64,000 nt of DNA from contig CAVOVB010000007.1 in NCBI GenBank assembly GCA_963699755.1, positions 160,001 to 224,000 on the forward strand, in the 5' to 3' direction. Shown in pieces: positions 28,309 through 37,632 of this stretch. How positions within the stretch are numbered: position 1 is the stretch's first letter; every line of letters starts with the position of its first letter. This stretch comes from an uncultured delta proteobacterium (GTDB lineage: Bacteria; Myxococcota_A; Polyangia; Polyangiales; Houyiibacteriaceae). Position numbers and translations under genes: made by a program. The notes beneath the pieces are model-generated. The model saw only the letters and a list, made by a program, of their open reading frames with translations, ran no database searches and was not told where the DNA came from.

Positions 28309-29409
28309 ATGGGTCCACTCGACGGAATACGAATCATTGAAATCGAAGGCATCGGTCCTTGCCCTTTCGCAGGGATGCTCTTGTCGGATTTGGGCGCCGA
28401 GGTGATTCGTGTCGGCCGGCCCGAACCATCCTTCTTGCAGGCGAATTTCGACGTGATGAGCCGGGGCAAGAAGAGCATCACACTCGATCTCAAAAACCCG
28501 CAGCACAAGGCCGCGCTTCTGAAGCTCGTCGGTACGGCGGATGCGCTTATCGAAGGTTTTCGACCCGGTGTCATGGAGCGCCTCGGCATTGGTCCTGAGA
28601 TTTGCCTCGAAGCCAATCCGCGACTCGTTTTCGGGCGGATGACCGGCTGGGGGCAGGAGGGCCCCTGGGCGCAACGCGCGGGCCACGACATCAACTACAT
28701 CTCGTTAGCAGGCGCCCTGCACGCCATCGGCCGCAAAGGGGAGCGCCCCACCATTCCCTTGAACCTGGTCGGTGACTTCGGCGGCGGCGGCTTGTTACTG
28801 GCCTTCGGCGTCCTCGCTGCGCTGCTGGAAACGAAGAAGTCAGGCAAGGGTCAGGTCGTCGACGCTGCGATGGTCGATGGCGTCGCCGCCCTGATGGCGA
28901 GCATCTACGCTGGGATGCAGCAGGGTTTCTGGTCCGACAAGCGCGGCGAGAACCTGCTCGATTCTGGCGCCGCCTTCTACGATGTCTACGAGACCAGCGA
29001 TGGCAAGTACGTGTCGATTGGCTCGCTGGAGCCGCAGTTCTACAAGGAGCTGATCGAGAAGCTTGGCATCGCCGACAGCGCGCCAGCGGTGGGCGAGCAC
29101 TTGAACCCCGCGAAGTGGAACGCGCTCCGGCCTGCTCTCGAAGAGCTCTTCCGCACAAAGACGCGCGACGAATGGTGCGAGGTCTTCGAAGGCAGCGACG
29201 CTTGCTTCGCGCCCGTGCTCGCAGCGGCCGAGGCGTTCGAGCACGCGCACCATGTTGCGCGACGTTCCTTCGTCGAAGTCGATGGCATCAAGCACGCCGT
29301 CGCGGCCCCTCGCTTCTCGAGGACGAAGCCCTCCGACCCAACGCCTGCACGGGAACGCGGAGCGGACACCGAAGCGATTTTGCTTCAGTGTGGAGTGACA
29401 CTCGAGTAG
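28309..29409 (+). CDS. mcr: Alpha-methylacyl-CoA racemase (CaiB/BaiF family)
   Basis: GIGP.PF; EGFRPGVMERLG; GHDINY; N.VGDFGGG catalytic motifs. Confidence 0.85.
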   Translation: MGPLDGIRIIEIEGIGPCPFAGMLLSDLGAEVIRVGRPEPSFLQANFDVMSRGKKSITLDLKNPQHKAALLKLVGTADALIEGFRPGVMERLGIGPEICLEANPRLVFGRMTGWGQEGPWAQRAGHDINYISLAGALHAIGRKGERPTIPLNLVGDFGGGGLLLAFGVLAALLETKKSGKGQVVDAAMVDGVAALMASIYAGMQQGFWSDKRGENLLDSGAAFYDVYETSDGKYVSIGSLEPQFYKELIEKLGIADSAPAVGEHLNPAKWNALRPALEELFRTKTRDEWCEVFEGSDACFAPVLAAAEAFEHAHHVARRSFVEVDGIKHAVAAPRFSRTKPSDPTPARERGADTEAILLQCGVTLE

Positions 29410-29422
29410 CCAGGAAGCGCAT

Positions 29423-30553
29423 ATGATTACCGATTTCGATGACTACTTGATCCATCAGGCTGCGCTCCCCATCAACCAACCGGGCATCGTCAACCGGAAC
29501 GCCTATGATCGCTATTGGTTCAATGGCCTCGACAAGGCTGGCACCTTTCTGTTCGAGGCTGGCTTCGGCCGGTACCCGAACCGCTTCGTTCAGGATGCGC
29601 ATTTCAGCGTGGCCTTCGACGGCGTGCAGCATTCGTTTCATGCATCACGGCGGATCGCCGACAACCCCATGGACTCGAGCGCGGGACCACTGCGGGTCGA
29701 GGTCCTGCAGCCCATGCGAAAGATCCGACTGCTGATCGAGCCCAATGAGACCGAAGTCGAGTGCGACCTGACCTTCCACGCAAAGGCGCCCCCGGTTCAA
29801 GAGCCGAAGAACATCATGTACGATGGGAACAGGCTCATCATGGACACGCAGCGATTCACCCAGGTGGGGACTTGGGAGGGTTATTTCTCGGTCAAGGGCC
29901 GACGTTTCGAGGTGAAGCGGACAGAGGTCATCGGGCTTCGAGACAAGTCCTGGGGCATGCGCCCCGTCGGCGAGCACGAAGAGGGCGCGCCAAGCAGGCT
30001 TACCAGCGACCCTGCCGTGTATTGGATCTGGTCGCCCATCCATTTCGACGGCTTCTGCACGCACTTCCTGACGCGGGAGATGCCAGACGGACACCCTCAA
30101 GAGCTCTCGGCGTCGATCGTCAAGACCTACGGCGACGACGAAGAGGTGCCGAGAGAGCTGGTCGAAGCCGAGGAAGAGGTCATGGCCTCCGCGACCAACT
30201 CGATCGAATGGCGAAGCGGAACCCGGTGGCCAAAAAGCGCGACGCTCGGTTTCGCGAAGCGCGACGGGACGAAGCTCGAAATCGAGCTCGAGCCGATCTT
30301 CCGATTCCAGATGATGGGCATCGGCTACCAGCACCCAGAATGGGGCCATGCGGTCTGGCGCGACGAGCTCGAGATCGGTTATGAGAGTTGGAGGCTGGAT
30401 GAAGTGGAGCCCGACGAATACTGCTCCATTCACGTGCACAACGTCGTGCGTGCGAGGATGGGCGACGAAAGCGGCATAGGCATCCTCGAAACCCTGGTGT
30501 TCGGTCGACACGAGCCAAGCGGCTTCCAGGACTTGTTCGACGGAGCTCCTTAG
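29423..30553 (+). CDS. Conserved hypothetical beta-rich protein (resembles actinobacterial lipid-cluster proteins)
   Basis: DDY.IHQ...N.YDRYWFNG; RD.SWG.RPVG; M.GIGY.HP.W.H; in the same operon as APH and AMACR. Confidence 0.7.
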   Translation: MITDFDDYLIHQAALPINQPGIVNRNAYDRYWFNGLDKAGTFLFEAGFGRYPNRFVQDAHFSVAFDGVQHSFHASRRIADNPMDSSAGPLRVEVLQPMRKIRLLIEPNETEVECDLTFHAKAPPVQEPKNIMYDGNRLIMDTQRFTQVGTWEGYFSVKGRRFEVKRTEVIGLRDKSWGMRPVGEHEEGAPSRLTSDPAVYWIWSPIHFDGFCTHFLTREMPDGHPQELSASIVKTYGDDEEVPRELVEAEEEVMASATNSIEWRSGTRWPKSATLGFAKRDGTKLEIELEPIFRFQMMGIGYQHPEWGHAVWRDELEIGYESWRLDEVEPDEYCSIHVHNVVRARMGDESGIGILETLVFGRHEPSGFQDLFDGAP

Positions 30554-31221
30554 AACGCGTAGCCGCCGCCGATCGAAATGATCGGGAAGGCATCGGGGTA
30601 GAACTCGTTTCTGAAAACGGCGATCTTGAGCGAGGTTGCGAAGAACACACCCTTGCCGACGCCCATGAGCAGTCCGCCGCCGAGGAGCAGGTTGCCGTAA
30701 TTCCTGCGACCGGAGCTGAATCCACCTTGTTTCCAGCCCGTGTTGATGAGCTCACCTTCGACCAGGAAGAAGAGCTGCTTGATGGGAAAGATGCGAACGA
30801 AGAGCGAACCGCCATAACTATGCCAGGTTCTCTCCGGGATCACGATCCGGTCGCGGGTGAACTCGTATCGAAACGAGACACCTGGCTCGACGATCCGCTT
30901 GAAGATATAGGAAACTTGCGGCGCCACGCCGATCGAAATCAAACCCGTCGCGAAGCCAAAGCCGATGCCACCACCGACCCGAAGGTGACCGAGGGGTTCC
31001 TTGGTCTCGTCGGGCATGGGTGGAGGCAGCTGAGGCGGCGGTTCACTGGACGGCACATCATCGGGCGGAGGCACAGAAGGCGTCGGCTCGGATGGCGGAG
31101 GCGGCTCGGTGATGATTTCGATCTCGGGGCTTTCCTGCGCAGCCACGTCGCCCCCACATGAGAGGGCGAGAGCAACCAGAGCGAAAGCCAGAAGCAGTCC
31201 GAGCGAAGAAAGCCTAAGCAC
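30550..31221 (-). CDS. Secreted protein with Pro-rich linker and small beta-barrel
   Basis: Signal-like N-terminus; PPPP-rich segment; amphipathic strands; C-terminal YAF. GTG31221 start inferred. Confidence 0.65.
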   Translation of the reverse strand: MLRLSSLGLLLAFALVALALSCGGDVAAQESPEIEIITEPPPPSEPTPSVPPPDDVPSSEPPPQLPPPMPDETKEPLGHLRVGGGIGFGFATGLISIGVAPQVSYIFKRIVEPGVSFRYEFTRDRIVIPERTWHSYGGSLFVRIFPIKQLFFLVEGELINTGWKQGGFSSGRRNYGNLLLGGGLLMGVGKGVFFATSLKIAVFRNEFYPDAFPIISIGGGYAF

Positions 31222-31311
31222 TCCTTCATCATAGCAGAAAGGCTTCTCGGAGATCATTGAACCCGTCGGCGATAGCTCGACAGAGGCAGCTGGCCCAGTA
31301 CAGTTCGAGCA

Positions 31312-32289
31312 ATGCTCGCCGTCGTCACGGGTGCCTATGGCTTCGTCGGCGCCAACCTCGTCCGTGCGCTTCTTCATCGAGGCGATGACGTTCGAGTCGC
31401 CGACAAGATTCAGGCCGAGTCGCTTGCAGGCCTCGACGTCGAGCATGTGTTCATCGACGTCCTTGAACCCGAATCCCTAGAAAAGGCCTTCGCGGGCGCG
31501 GACACGGTGTTCCATCTGGCAGCCATCATTTCGATCACCGGTGACCCAACGGGGATCGTCCACCGAGTCAACGTGGAAGGTCCGCGAAACGCCTCCCGCG
31601 CTGCGATGGCGTGCGGAGTATCGCGCTTCATCCACTGTAGCTCCGTCCACGCCTTCGACATCCAACGATGCGGACCCGAGCTCACCGAGGCTGCGCCGAG
31701 AGCTATCGGCGCTCACGTTCCTCTCTATGACCGGTCGAAGAACGAAGGAGAGAACGAGGTTCGCGCCGCAATCGCGGATGGTCTTGATGCCGTCATCGTG
31801 AATCCGACCGCAATCATCGGACCTCACGACTTCGGCCCCTCGCGAATGGGTGAGTTACTGCTCCAGTTTCGCGATCGAAAGATCCCCGTGAACATTGGCG
31901 GGGCGTTCGACTTCGTCGATGTGCGTGATCTCGTGGAAGGGATGCTTGCCGCCGAGCGCTTGGGCACGACGGGCGAGAACTACCTGATGTCCGGCCACCG
32001 CCATAGCCTGCGGGAGCTCGCCGATCTCGCTACAAGGATCACTGGCGTGAAAGGCCCCCGGCTCTCAGTGCCGGCGTCACTGGTCAGTGGTGTCGCTCGT
32101 CTCGTCCTCAAACTCACCCCGAAGGACCGAGTTCCCCTCGTCACTCCGGACTCCATGCACGCACTCCAGTACTCTCCTAGCGTGTGCCACTACAAGGCGG
32201 CAAAGGAGCTCGGTTTCGTCAGCCGTCCCCTCCAAGAGACCATCCGGGATACATACGAATGGTTCGACGAACATAACGGCGCCTTCTAG
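31312..32289 (+). CDS. NAD-dependent epimerase/dehydratase (HpnA/DFR/3beta-HSD-like extended SDR)
   Basis: TGAYGFVG; FHLAA; YDRSK; FVDVRD. Confidence 0.85.
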   Translation: MLAVVTGAYGFVGANLVRALLHRGDDVRVADKIQAESLAGLDVEHVFIDVLEPESLEKAFAGADTVFHLAAIISITGDPTGIVHRVNVEGPRNASRAAMACGVSRFIHCSSVHAFDIQRCGPELTEAAPRAIGAHVPLYDRSKNEGENEVRAAIADGLDAVIVNPTAIIGPHDFGPSRMGELLLQFRDRKIPVNIGGAFDFVDVRDLVEGMLAAERLGTTGENYLMSGHRHSLRELADLATRITGVKGPRLSVPASLVSGVARLVLKLTPKDRVPLVTPDSMHALQYSPSVCHYKAAKELGFVSRPLQETIRDTYEWFDEHNGAF

Positions 32290-32318
32290 CCCCGCCCTAA
32301 GTGAGCTAAGCTTCGGGG

Positions 32319-33560
32319 ATGGAAGACTCCGCGATTGTCTCTCGGATTGTGCACGAGTCTTACGAACGAGAGGCCCCTTTGATACCCAGCGGGCACTGGT
32401 GGGAGCATCTCGACGACGATTTTGCCCGAACCTCAGAGAAGTTCGATCTCGCCCGCACCGATCGCTTCCAAATCGGTGCTGCGGCCGCGTTCGACCATGT
32501 CGTGAGGGCCATCTTCGGCACGATGGTAGGCGCAACGGCCATTCCGTTCGGCTTCAATCCGATGGAGCTTCGCCGATCCATGCGAGACGCGCGCTTGTAT
32601 GCCGAGATGGCGGAGTCGGGCGATCGTGGCCGCTTCTTTCGTGATCCCCCGGCGGGCGTACGCGTTCGCGCCGAGAGAGGGCGCTGGTTTCCGCGTTTCG
32701 AACCGGATGACGGTGTGTGCGAGGTGCTGCGCTTCGACAGCCCGTTTCAGCCGGTTCATCCGAACCAACACCGGCCCTATCTGCGGCACGACCGAAACCG
32801 TGTCGCCTTCGCGCGGATGACTCGGCACCGGAACGGGCCGAGACCGACCATCGTTGCGATTCATGGATTCACAGCAGAAGGCTACTTGATCAACGAGTGG
32901 TTCTTCGCGCTCCCTTGGTTCTATCGCATGGGCTGTGACATTGCCTTGTTTACTCTTCCTTTTCACGGTCCTCGCCAGACGCGCTTCTCGCCGTTTTCGG
33001 GACACGGTTTTTTCGCCGGCGGCACCTCTCGATTCAACGAAGCGGTCGCGCAGTCCGTATTCGACTTCAGGATCCTCCTCAACTGGCTTCAGCGTGAACG
33101 AGGCGTCCAACAAGTTGGCGTGACCGGCCTGAGTCTCGGGGGCTTCATTTCCTCGATGCTCGCCAGCGTCGAGCCCAAATTGGCATTCGCGCTGCCCAAC
33201 GTGCCGATCATCAGCGTGGCGGACTTGGTTCTAGAGTGGCAGCCACTTGGTGCGTTGATGCGAACCGCGCTCTCGGTCTCAGGCTTGAGCTCCGCCGACG
33301 CGCGCCGTCTCCTCGCGGTGAGCTGCCCCCTCACCTATCCCGCGGTGCTGCCGCGCGAGCGACTGATGATCGTCGGCGGCGCAGGCGACCGGCTAGCTCC
33401 TCCGAAGCATTCCAGGCTGCTCTGGGATCATTGGCAGCGCTGCCGCATGCATTGGTTTCCCGGGAGCCACAGCATCCACCTCGACCGCGGCGCATATTTG
33501 ACGGAGATGGCTCGTTTCATGATGGGCATCGGGTTCTTGGACCCGGGGAGCAAGCCGTGA
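32319..33560 (+). CDS. Alpha/beta hydrolase
   Basis: IHGF; LPFHG.R; GLSLGG nucleophile; DRL; GSH. Confidence 0.85.
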   Translation: MEDSAIVSRIVHESYEREAPLIPSGHWWEHLDDDFARTSEKFDLARTDRFQIGAAAAFDHVVRAIFGTMVGATAIPFGFNPMELRRSMRDARLYAEMAESGDRGRFFRDPPAGVRVRAERGRWFPRFEPDDGVCEVLRFDSPFQPVHPNQHRPYLRHDRNRVAFARMTRHRNGPRPTIVAIHGFTAEGYLINEWFFALPWFYRMGCDIALFTLPFHGPRQTRFSPFSGHGFFAGGTSRFNEAVAQSVFDFRILLNWLQRERGVQQVGVTGLSLGGFISSMLASVEPKLAFALPNVPIISVADLVLEWQPLGALMRTALSVSGLSSADARRLLAVSCPLTYPAVLPRERLMIVGGAGDRLAPPKHSRLLWDHWQRCRMHWFPGSHSIHLDRGAYLTEMARFMMGIGFLDPGSKP

Positions 33561-34990
33561 TCCCGGTCTCGACGCTCGACGCGGCGATGCTCTACGCCGA
33601 AACGCCCGAGATGCCCATGCACACGATGGGGATCTTGATTCTCGAGCCAGAGGATTCGCAGGGCGCGGACGGCCCCGAAGCTTCGGCGTTCAATTTGACT
33701 CGTCAGCGGTTTGCCGAGCGAATCCATCTCATTCCGCCGTTTAGGCGACGAATCGTTCAAGGGCCGTTGCAGATCGGTGACCCTCACTGGATCGAAGACC
33801 CGGCTTTCGATCTCGACAAGCACCTCCTGCACGTTTCCCTCCCCTCTCCGGGGGGGATGCGAGAGCTTTGCGACTTCGTTGGGAGCTTCGCCGGAGCCCG
33901 TCTCGAGCGCGACAGGCCGCTTTGGAAGGCCGTGCTCGTGGATGGCTTGGAGGGGGGGAAGCTGGCGCTGGTGATGAAGATCCACCACGCCGCGATGGAT
34001 GGTGGCCGGAGTGCGGCCATCGCGGGCGAGCTCATGGACACCAGCCCGGAGGGTCGGCTCATCGCTCCCCCTGAGGAGTCCTGGCTACCCGATAGAGAGC
34101 CGACGATCCCCTGGCTAGCGGCCGACACGCTTCGGACCCTGGCGGGCAAACCGCGGCGCGCGGTCGAGGCGGCGACGAAAATAGTAGAGGCAGTCCGAGG
34201 CAAAGGGAGCTCGCAAACTGCCCCATTCGCCGATCGCGAAGCGACAGCGAAGCCGCCCCTCTTCGAAGCACCGCCGACGATGTTCAACGGTGCCCTGACG
34301 CCGAATCGCTCGGTCGCGTTCGCCGATGTCTCGTTCGACGATGTGAAGGCGATCAAGAGCGCCTTCGGAACGACCGTGAACGATGTGGTTCTGGCCGGCT
34401 GTTGCGCAGCGCTCCGACCTTGGCTTGGCGCCCACGGCGGCCTTCCCGATCGCCCCCTCGTCGCGACGGTGCCAGTGTCGGTTCGGCGCGACGGCGAGCA
34501 GGCCGGCAATCGCGTTTCAGTGATCCGAGTGCACCTCCCGATCCAACTCGACGACCCGGTCGAGCGCCTGATCGCCATCAACGAAGAGACATCGCGGCAA
34601 AAGAGGCGCCACAGCAGTGGAGGCGGCGGAGACATCCTCAAGAACTTCACCGACCTGGTGAACAACATCACTGTCCCTTGGATCGCAACCCATTTCATCG
34701 GCTTCTTTTCGTCGCGGCACCTGGCCGACCGGCTTCCGCCCCTATGGAACCTGATCATTTCGAACATCGCGGGCCCGCCGGTTCCCCTCTACACGGCGGG
34801 CACCAGGCTCACCCACCTGTTCCCGCTCGGCCCGGTACAGCAAGGCTCGGGGCTCAACATCACGGTCATGAGCGTTGTGGACCGTCTCTGTTTCGGTGCA
34901 CTGGCCTGCACCGAGCTCGTCCCCGACCTGCAGGATATCGCCACCGGTTTCGTAGGGGAGATCGAGCTCCTCAAGGAGCGAACCAAGTAG
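33557..34990 (+). CDS. Wax ester synthase/diacylglycerol acyltransferase (WS/DGAT)
   Basis: LDA..L..E....PMH; RPLW; HHAAMDG catalytic motif; TVNDV; SNI.GP; GTGA overlap with the upstream gene. Confidence 0.92.
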   Translation: MIPVSTLDAAMLYAETPEMPMHTMGILILEPEDSQGADGPEASAFNLTRQRFAERIHLIPPFRRRIVQGPLQIGDPHWIEDPAFDLDKHLLHVSLPSPGGMRELCDFVGSFAGARLERDRPLWKAVLVDGLEGGKLALVMKIHHAAMDGGRSAAIAGELMDTSPEGRLIAPPEESWLPDREPTIPWLAADTLRTLAGKPRRAVEAATKIVEAVRGKGSSQTAPFADREATAKPPLFEAPPTMFNGALTPNRSVAFADVSFDDVKAIKSAFGTTVNDVVLAGCCAALRPWLGAHGGLPDRPLVATVPVSVRRDGEQAGNRVSVIRVHLPIQLDDPVERLIAINEETSRQKRRHSSGGGGDILKNFTDLVNNITVPWIATHFIGFFSSRHLADRLPPLWNLIISNIAGPPVPLYTAGTRLTHLFPLGPVQQGSGLNITVMSVVDRLCFGALACTELVPDLQDIATGFVGEIELLKERTK

Positions 34991-35029
34991 CGCTGGGCTG
35001 CGTGGGCGCTGGATCGCGTTCTAACGCGA

Positions 35030-36706
35030 TCACCAGGACGGCCGCCAAGTCAGATTCGAGCCGAGGACCAAGACGCTCACGTCTTCGCCGAAGATTCCGT
35101 CGACGCGAACCCCGAGATCGAGGTCGTGCCCGAGTGCGAAATACAAGAGGCCGCCGGCCGAATGCTGCAGCCAACTCGTGGGGGACGCGACATACTGGTT
35201 GATCGACACCCGGTAGTAGGCGGAAATCTCACCGACACGCCGAATGTCTACCCCTGCTCCAAGACGCGCGGCGTAGTCCGATACGAACGAGCGCGCGTAG
35301 GCCGCGACCGAAAGGTCCGCCCAAGCGATATCTGCGATACGCAAGATGCGGGCCTGCAGGTAGCCAGAGAGTTGCTCGAATTCATCGGCAGTCTGGCTGT
35401 GCACGATGTTTGCGCCAGCATGGAGGGCGAAACGTGAAAACATGAAGCTTGCATCCAAGCCACCGAAATATCGCTGGTCATTGCTGTTGAGGCAGACCAA
35501 CTCGTCTCCGCCGCCAGCGGCCGGGTCCGGAACGGTGTTGCACAAGTAACCCAACGGCAGATACGAAGTGAGCCAGAGCGAACGTTCCGGTAACCGCATG
35601 TCGAAGCGGCCGGCGAGCTGAAAGAGGCCGACACGAATCGATGCGTCGAAGCCTGCTGCGCTCACTTCGAAGCGCGGCGCCCGCCAAGGATTGACCTCGT
35701 CGTGCATCGAGAGCTCGAAGTGCCCTCCGATCTGGCCATTTCCGGGAAACACGTCGAACTCCAGATTGAGGCGTCGCTCGTCGATTTCGCCCATGAACGT
35801 CGAAGCGTGTGCGGACAGGCCCACGAAAGGCTGGGCATCGAGCGATTCGTTTTGGTATGCGAGCTCCACCCCAAATCGCGTCGTATCCAGGGTCGGCAGA
35901 TAGTCGAGCGGGTTTGGCACCGTGCCGCCAAAGGCGCCGATCGTGAAGCCCTTCCAAGAAGGGGAGCGCACACGAAGCCCATCGAGCTGCCCGACACCGA
36001 CCGCAACGAAAGGCAGCCTGCCCAGCCCAAGCTGAGGGCTGGTCGACGTGCCGTAGCCGAATTGCAGCTCCCGGACCGCGAGCACTGGCCGGGAGGAGCT
36101 GCCCGGGCGATTTCCGATGTTGCCTCCGAACCAGGACCGCACGGCAATGTCTACGTCGAAGAACACAGGCTGCTCGAAAGGCTCGGCGTGGAGCCTTGCG
36201 CGTAGCGATGCACGGCCGAAGGACTCCCCGTCGCGCAACGCAAGAGTCCCACCTACGTCTGTCGAAAGGGCGAGATCGATTCGCTCCCCATCGGACCAGG
36301 TACCCAGAGGCACGTACTCCGGCGTCTGCCGCGTCGCGGGACGCACCGGCTCTGGCCATTGGCTCTCGTACGCGGTTAGAGGCTTGGGTTTGGTCAGTGA
36401 TGAGCTAACGGTCCGTTTGACCTTGGCCTCTGCCCGGCCGGTCATCCCGACTCGCAGCTCGCGTCCTTTCATCTCGATGACCGCGTGCTTGCCTGTCACC
36501 CCAACGACTCGGTAGCGACGATCACGAAGAACCACGACGGACCCTACTCCGACCCCCGCTGCTTCGCCTGGCGTCAGATAGGCGCGTCCGCCCGCAATGT
36601 CGACGACTTTGACGCTGACTCGGCTTCCAGATGCGGCGTTGGCCGCAGTCGTCGCGGCGAAGAGGGCCGTGCACGCAAGCAGCGCTGCGAACCAAGTCGG
36701 CCTCAT
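35030..36706 (-). CDS. Putative outer-membrane beta-barrel (porin partner of multiheme cytochromes)
   Basis: Signal peptide; small N-terminal beta domain; many amphipathic strands; C-terminal Trp; ATGA-coupled to the decaheme gene. Confidence 0.7.
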   Translation of the reverse strand: MRPTWFAALLACTALFAATTAANAASGSRVSVKVVDIAGGRAYLTPGEAAGVGVGSVVVLRDRRYRVVGVTGKHAVIEMKGRELRVGMTGRAEAKVKRTVSSSLTKPKPLTAYESQWPEPVRPATRQTPEYVPLGTWSDGERIDLALSTDVGGTLALRDGESFGRASLRARLHAEPFEQPVFFDVDIAVRSWFGGNIGNRPGSSSRPVLAVRELQFGYGTSTSPQLGLGRLPFVAVGVGQLDGLRVRSPSWKGFTIGAFGGTVPNPLDYLPTLDTTRFGVELAYQNESLDAQPFVGLSAHASTFMGEIDERRLNLEFDVFPGNGQIGGHFELSMHDEVNPWRAPRFEVSAAGFDASIRVGLFQLAGRFDMRLPERSLWLTSYLPLGYLCNTVPDPAAGGGDELVCLNSNDQRYFGGLDASFMFSRFALHAGANIVHSQTADEFEQLSGYLQARILRIADIAWADLSVAAYARSFVSDYAARLGAGVDIRRVGEISAYYRVSINQYVASPTSWLQHSAGGLLYFALGHDLDLGVRVDGIFGEDVSVLVLGSNLTWRPSW

Positions 36707-37632
36707 CGTGCGGTCCCTCCTGGGTGGCACCCCAAGCACGAGGCACCACTGCTCGAAACGCGCCGTCCATGCTGCTGCTGGAGCTTGACGGCGTTGTGCG
36801 CATGGCAACCCGTGCAGCGGACCAGCCGAGGCGTTCGCGCTGAGGTGTGGCAGCTATTGCACGGCGCCCCGCGGTGCGGGCCGTGCGAAACCGGAAAATA
36901 TCGGTCGTGATCGGGAGGGACGACCATGCCTCCGATGCCTGCTCTGACGGAGCTCGTCGACGCGGCGGTGAGTGACGTGGGGTCGATGAACGCAGGGCTC
37001 CAGGCGCTCGCAAGATGGCACTGAGAGCAATCTCGCGAAAACGGGTCGGAGGTGGCGGTTCCGCGGTGACTCGGATGGACGCTTGGATCGAGGTACTCGG
37101 CAGCGTGACAGGAGAAGCAGTCGCTTTGAACCGTCGTCCACTGCCGTTCTCCGTTTCGCAGATGGCATTCGGTGCAGTCGGCCAGCGCGTGCATGCCCGT
37201 CAAGGGGAAGCGTGTTCGGCGATGGATCTCGAACGGCTCCATGTCGTTCCAGCGTCTCGAGGAGTGGCAGCTGTCGCATCGACCGCTCAGGCGTTTCTGG
37301 TGTGGATTTTCGTGGCACGCTCCGCACTCCCTCGTAACTCGCCGCTCGCCGCTGTGACACTGATTGCAGGCAGCCGGCTCATGTCTCCCTGTGAGCGGGA
37401 AACCCGTGCGGGAATGGTCGAAGCCTTCGCCTGATTTGCCCCCCATCATCTTCCAGCTCGCCGGCGTGTGGCAGTTGCCGCAATCAAGCCCCTCGGTGAT
37501 CGAGTTGTGGCTGGCAGCCCTGGCTTGGGCCGCGTTCCGTTCGGGGTCTTTGGCGATCGCGAGCCCGGCAATGCCGGCGAGAGCGACGATGCCCAAAACG
37601 ATGAATAGCCTAATCAACAGGGCGCGGTTCAT
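36703..37632 (-). CDS. Decaheme cytochrome c
   Basis: 10 CxxCH in 309 aa; N-terminal signal/TM; FPLTG.H modules. Confidence 0.9.
   Translation of the reverse strand: MNRALLIRLFIVLGIVALAGIAGLAIAKDPERNAAQARAASHNSITEGLDCGNCHTPASWKMMGGKSGEGFDHSRTGFPLTGRHEPAACNQCHSGERRVTRECGACHENPHQKRLSGRCDSCHSSRRWNDMEPFEIHRRTRFPLTGMHALADCTECHLRNGERQWTTVQSDCFSCHAAEYLDPSVHPSHRGTATSDPFSRDCSQCHLASAWSPAFIDPTSLTAASTSSVRAGIGGMVVPPDHDRYFPVSHGPHRGAPCNSCHTSARTPRLVRCTGCHAHNAVKLQQQHGRRVSSSGASCLGCHPGGTAR

Noticed and set aside
35010..35031. Palindrome GATCGCGTT-CT-AACGCGATC containing a one-mismatch KstR-like 14-mer
   Set aside because: It lies between convergent gene 3' ends, so it is unlikely to be an operator; with no U-tract it was not called a terminator either.
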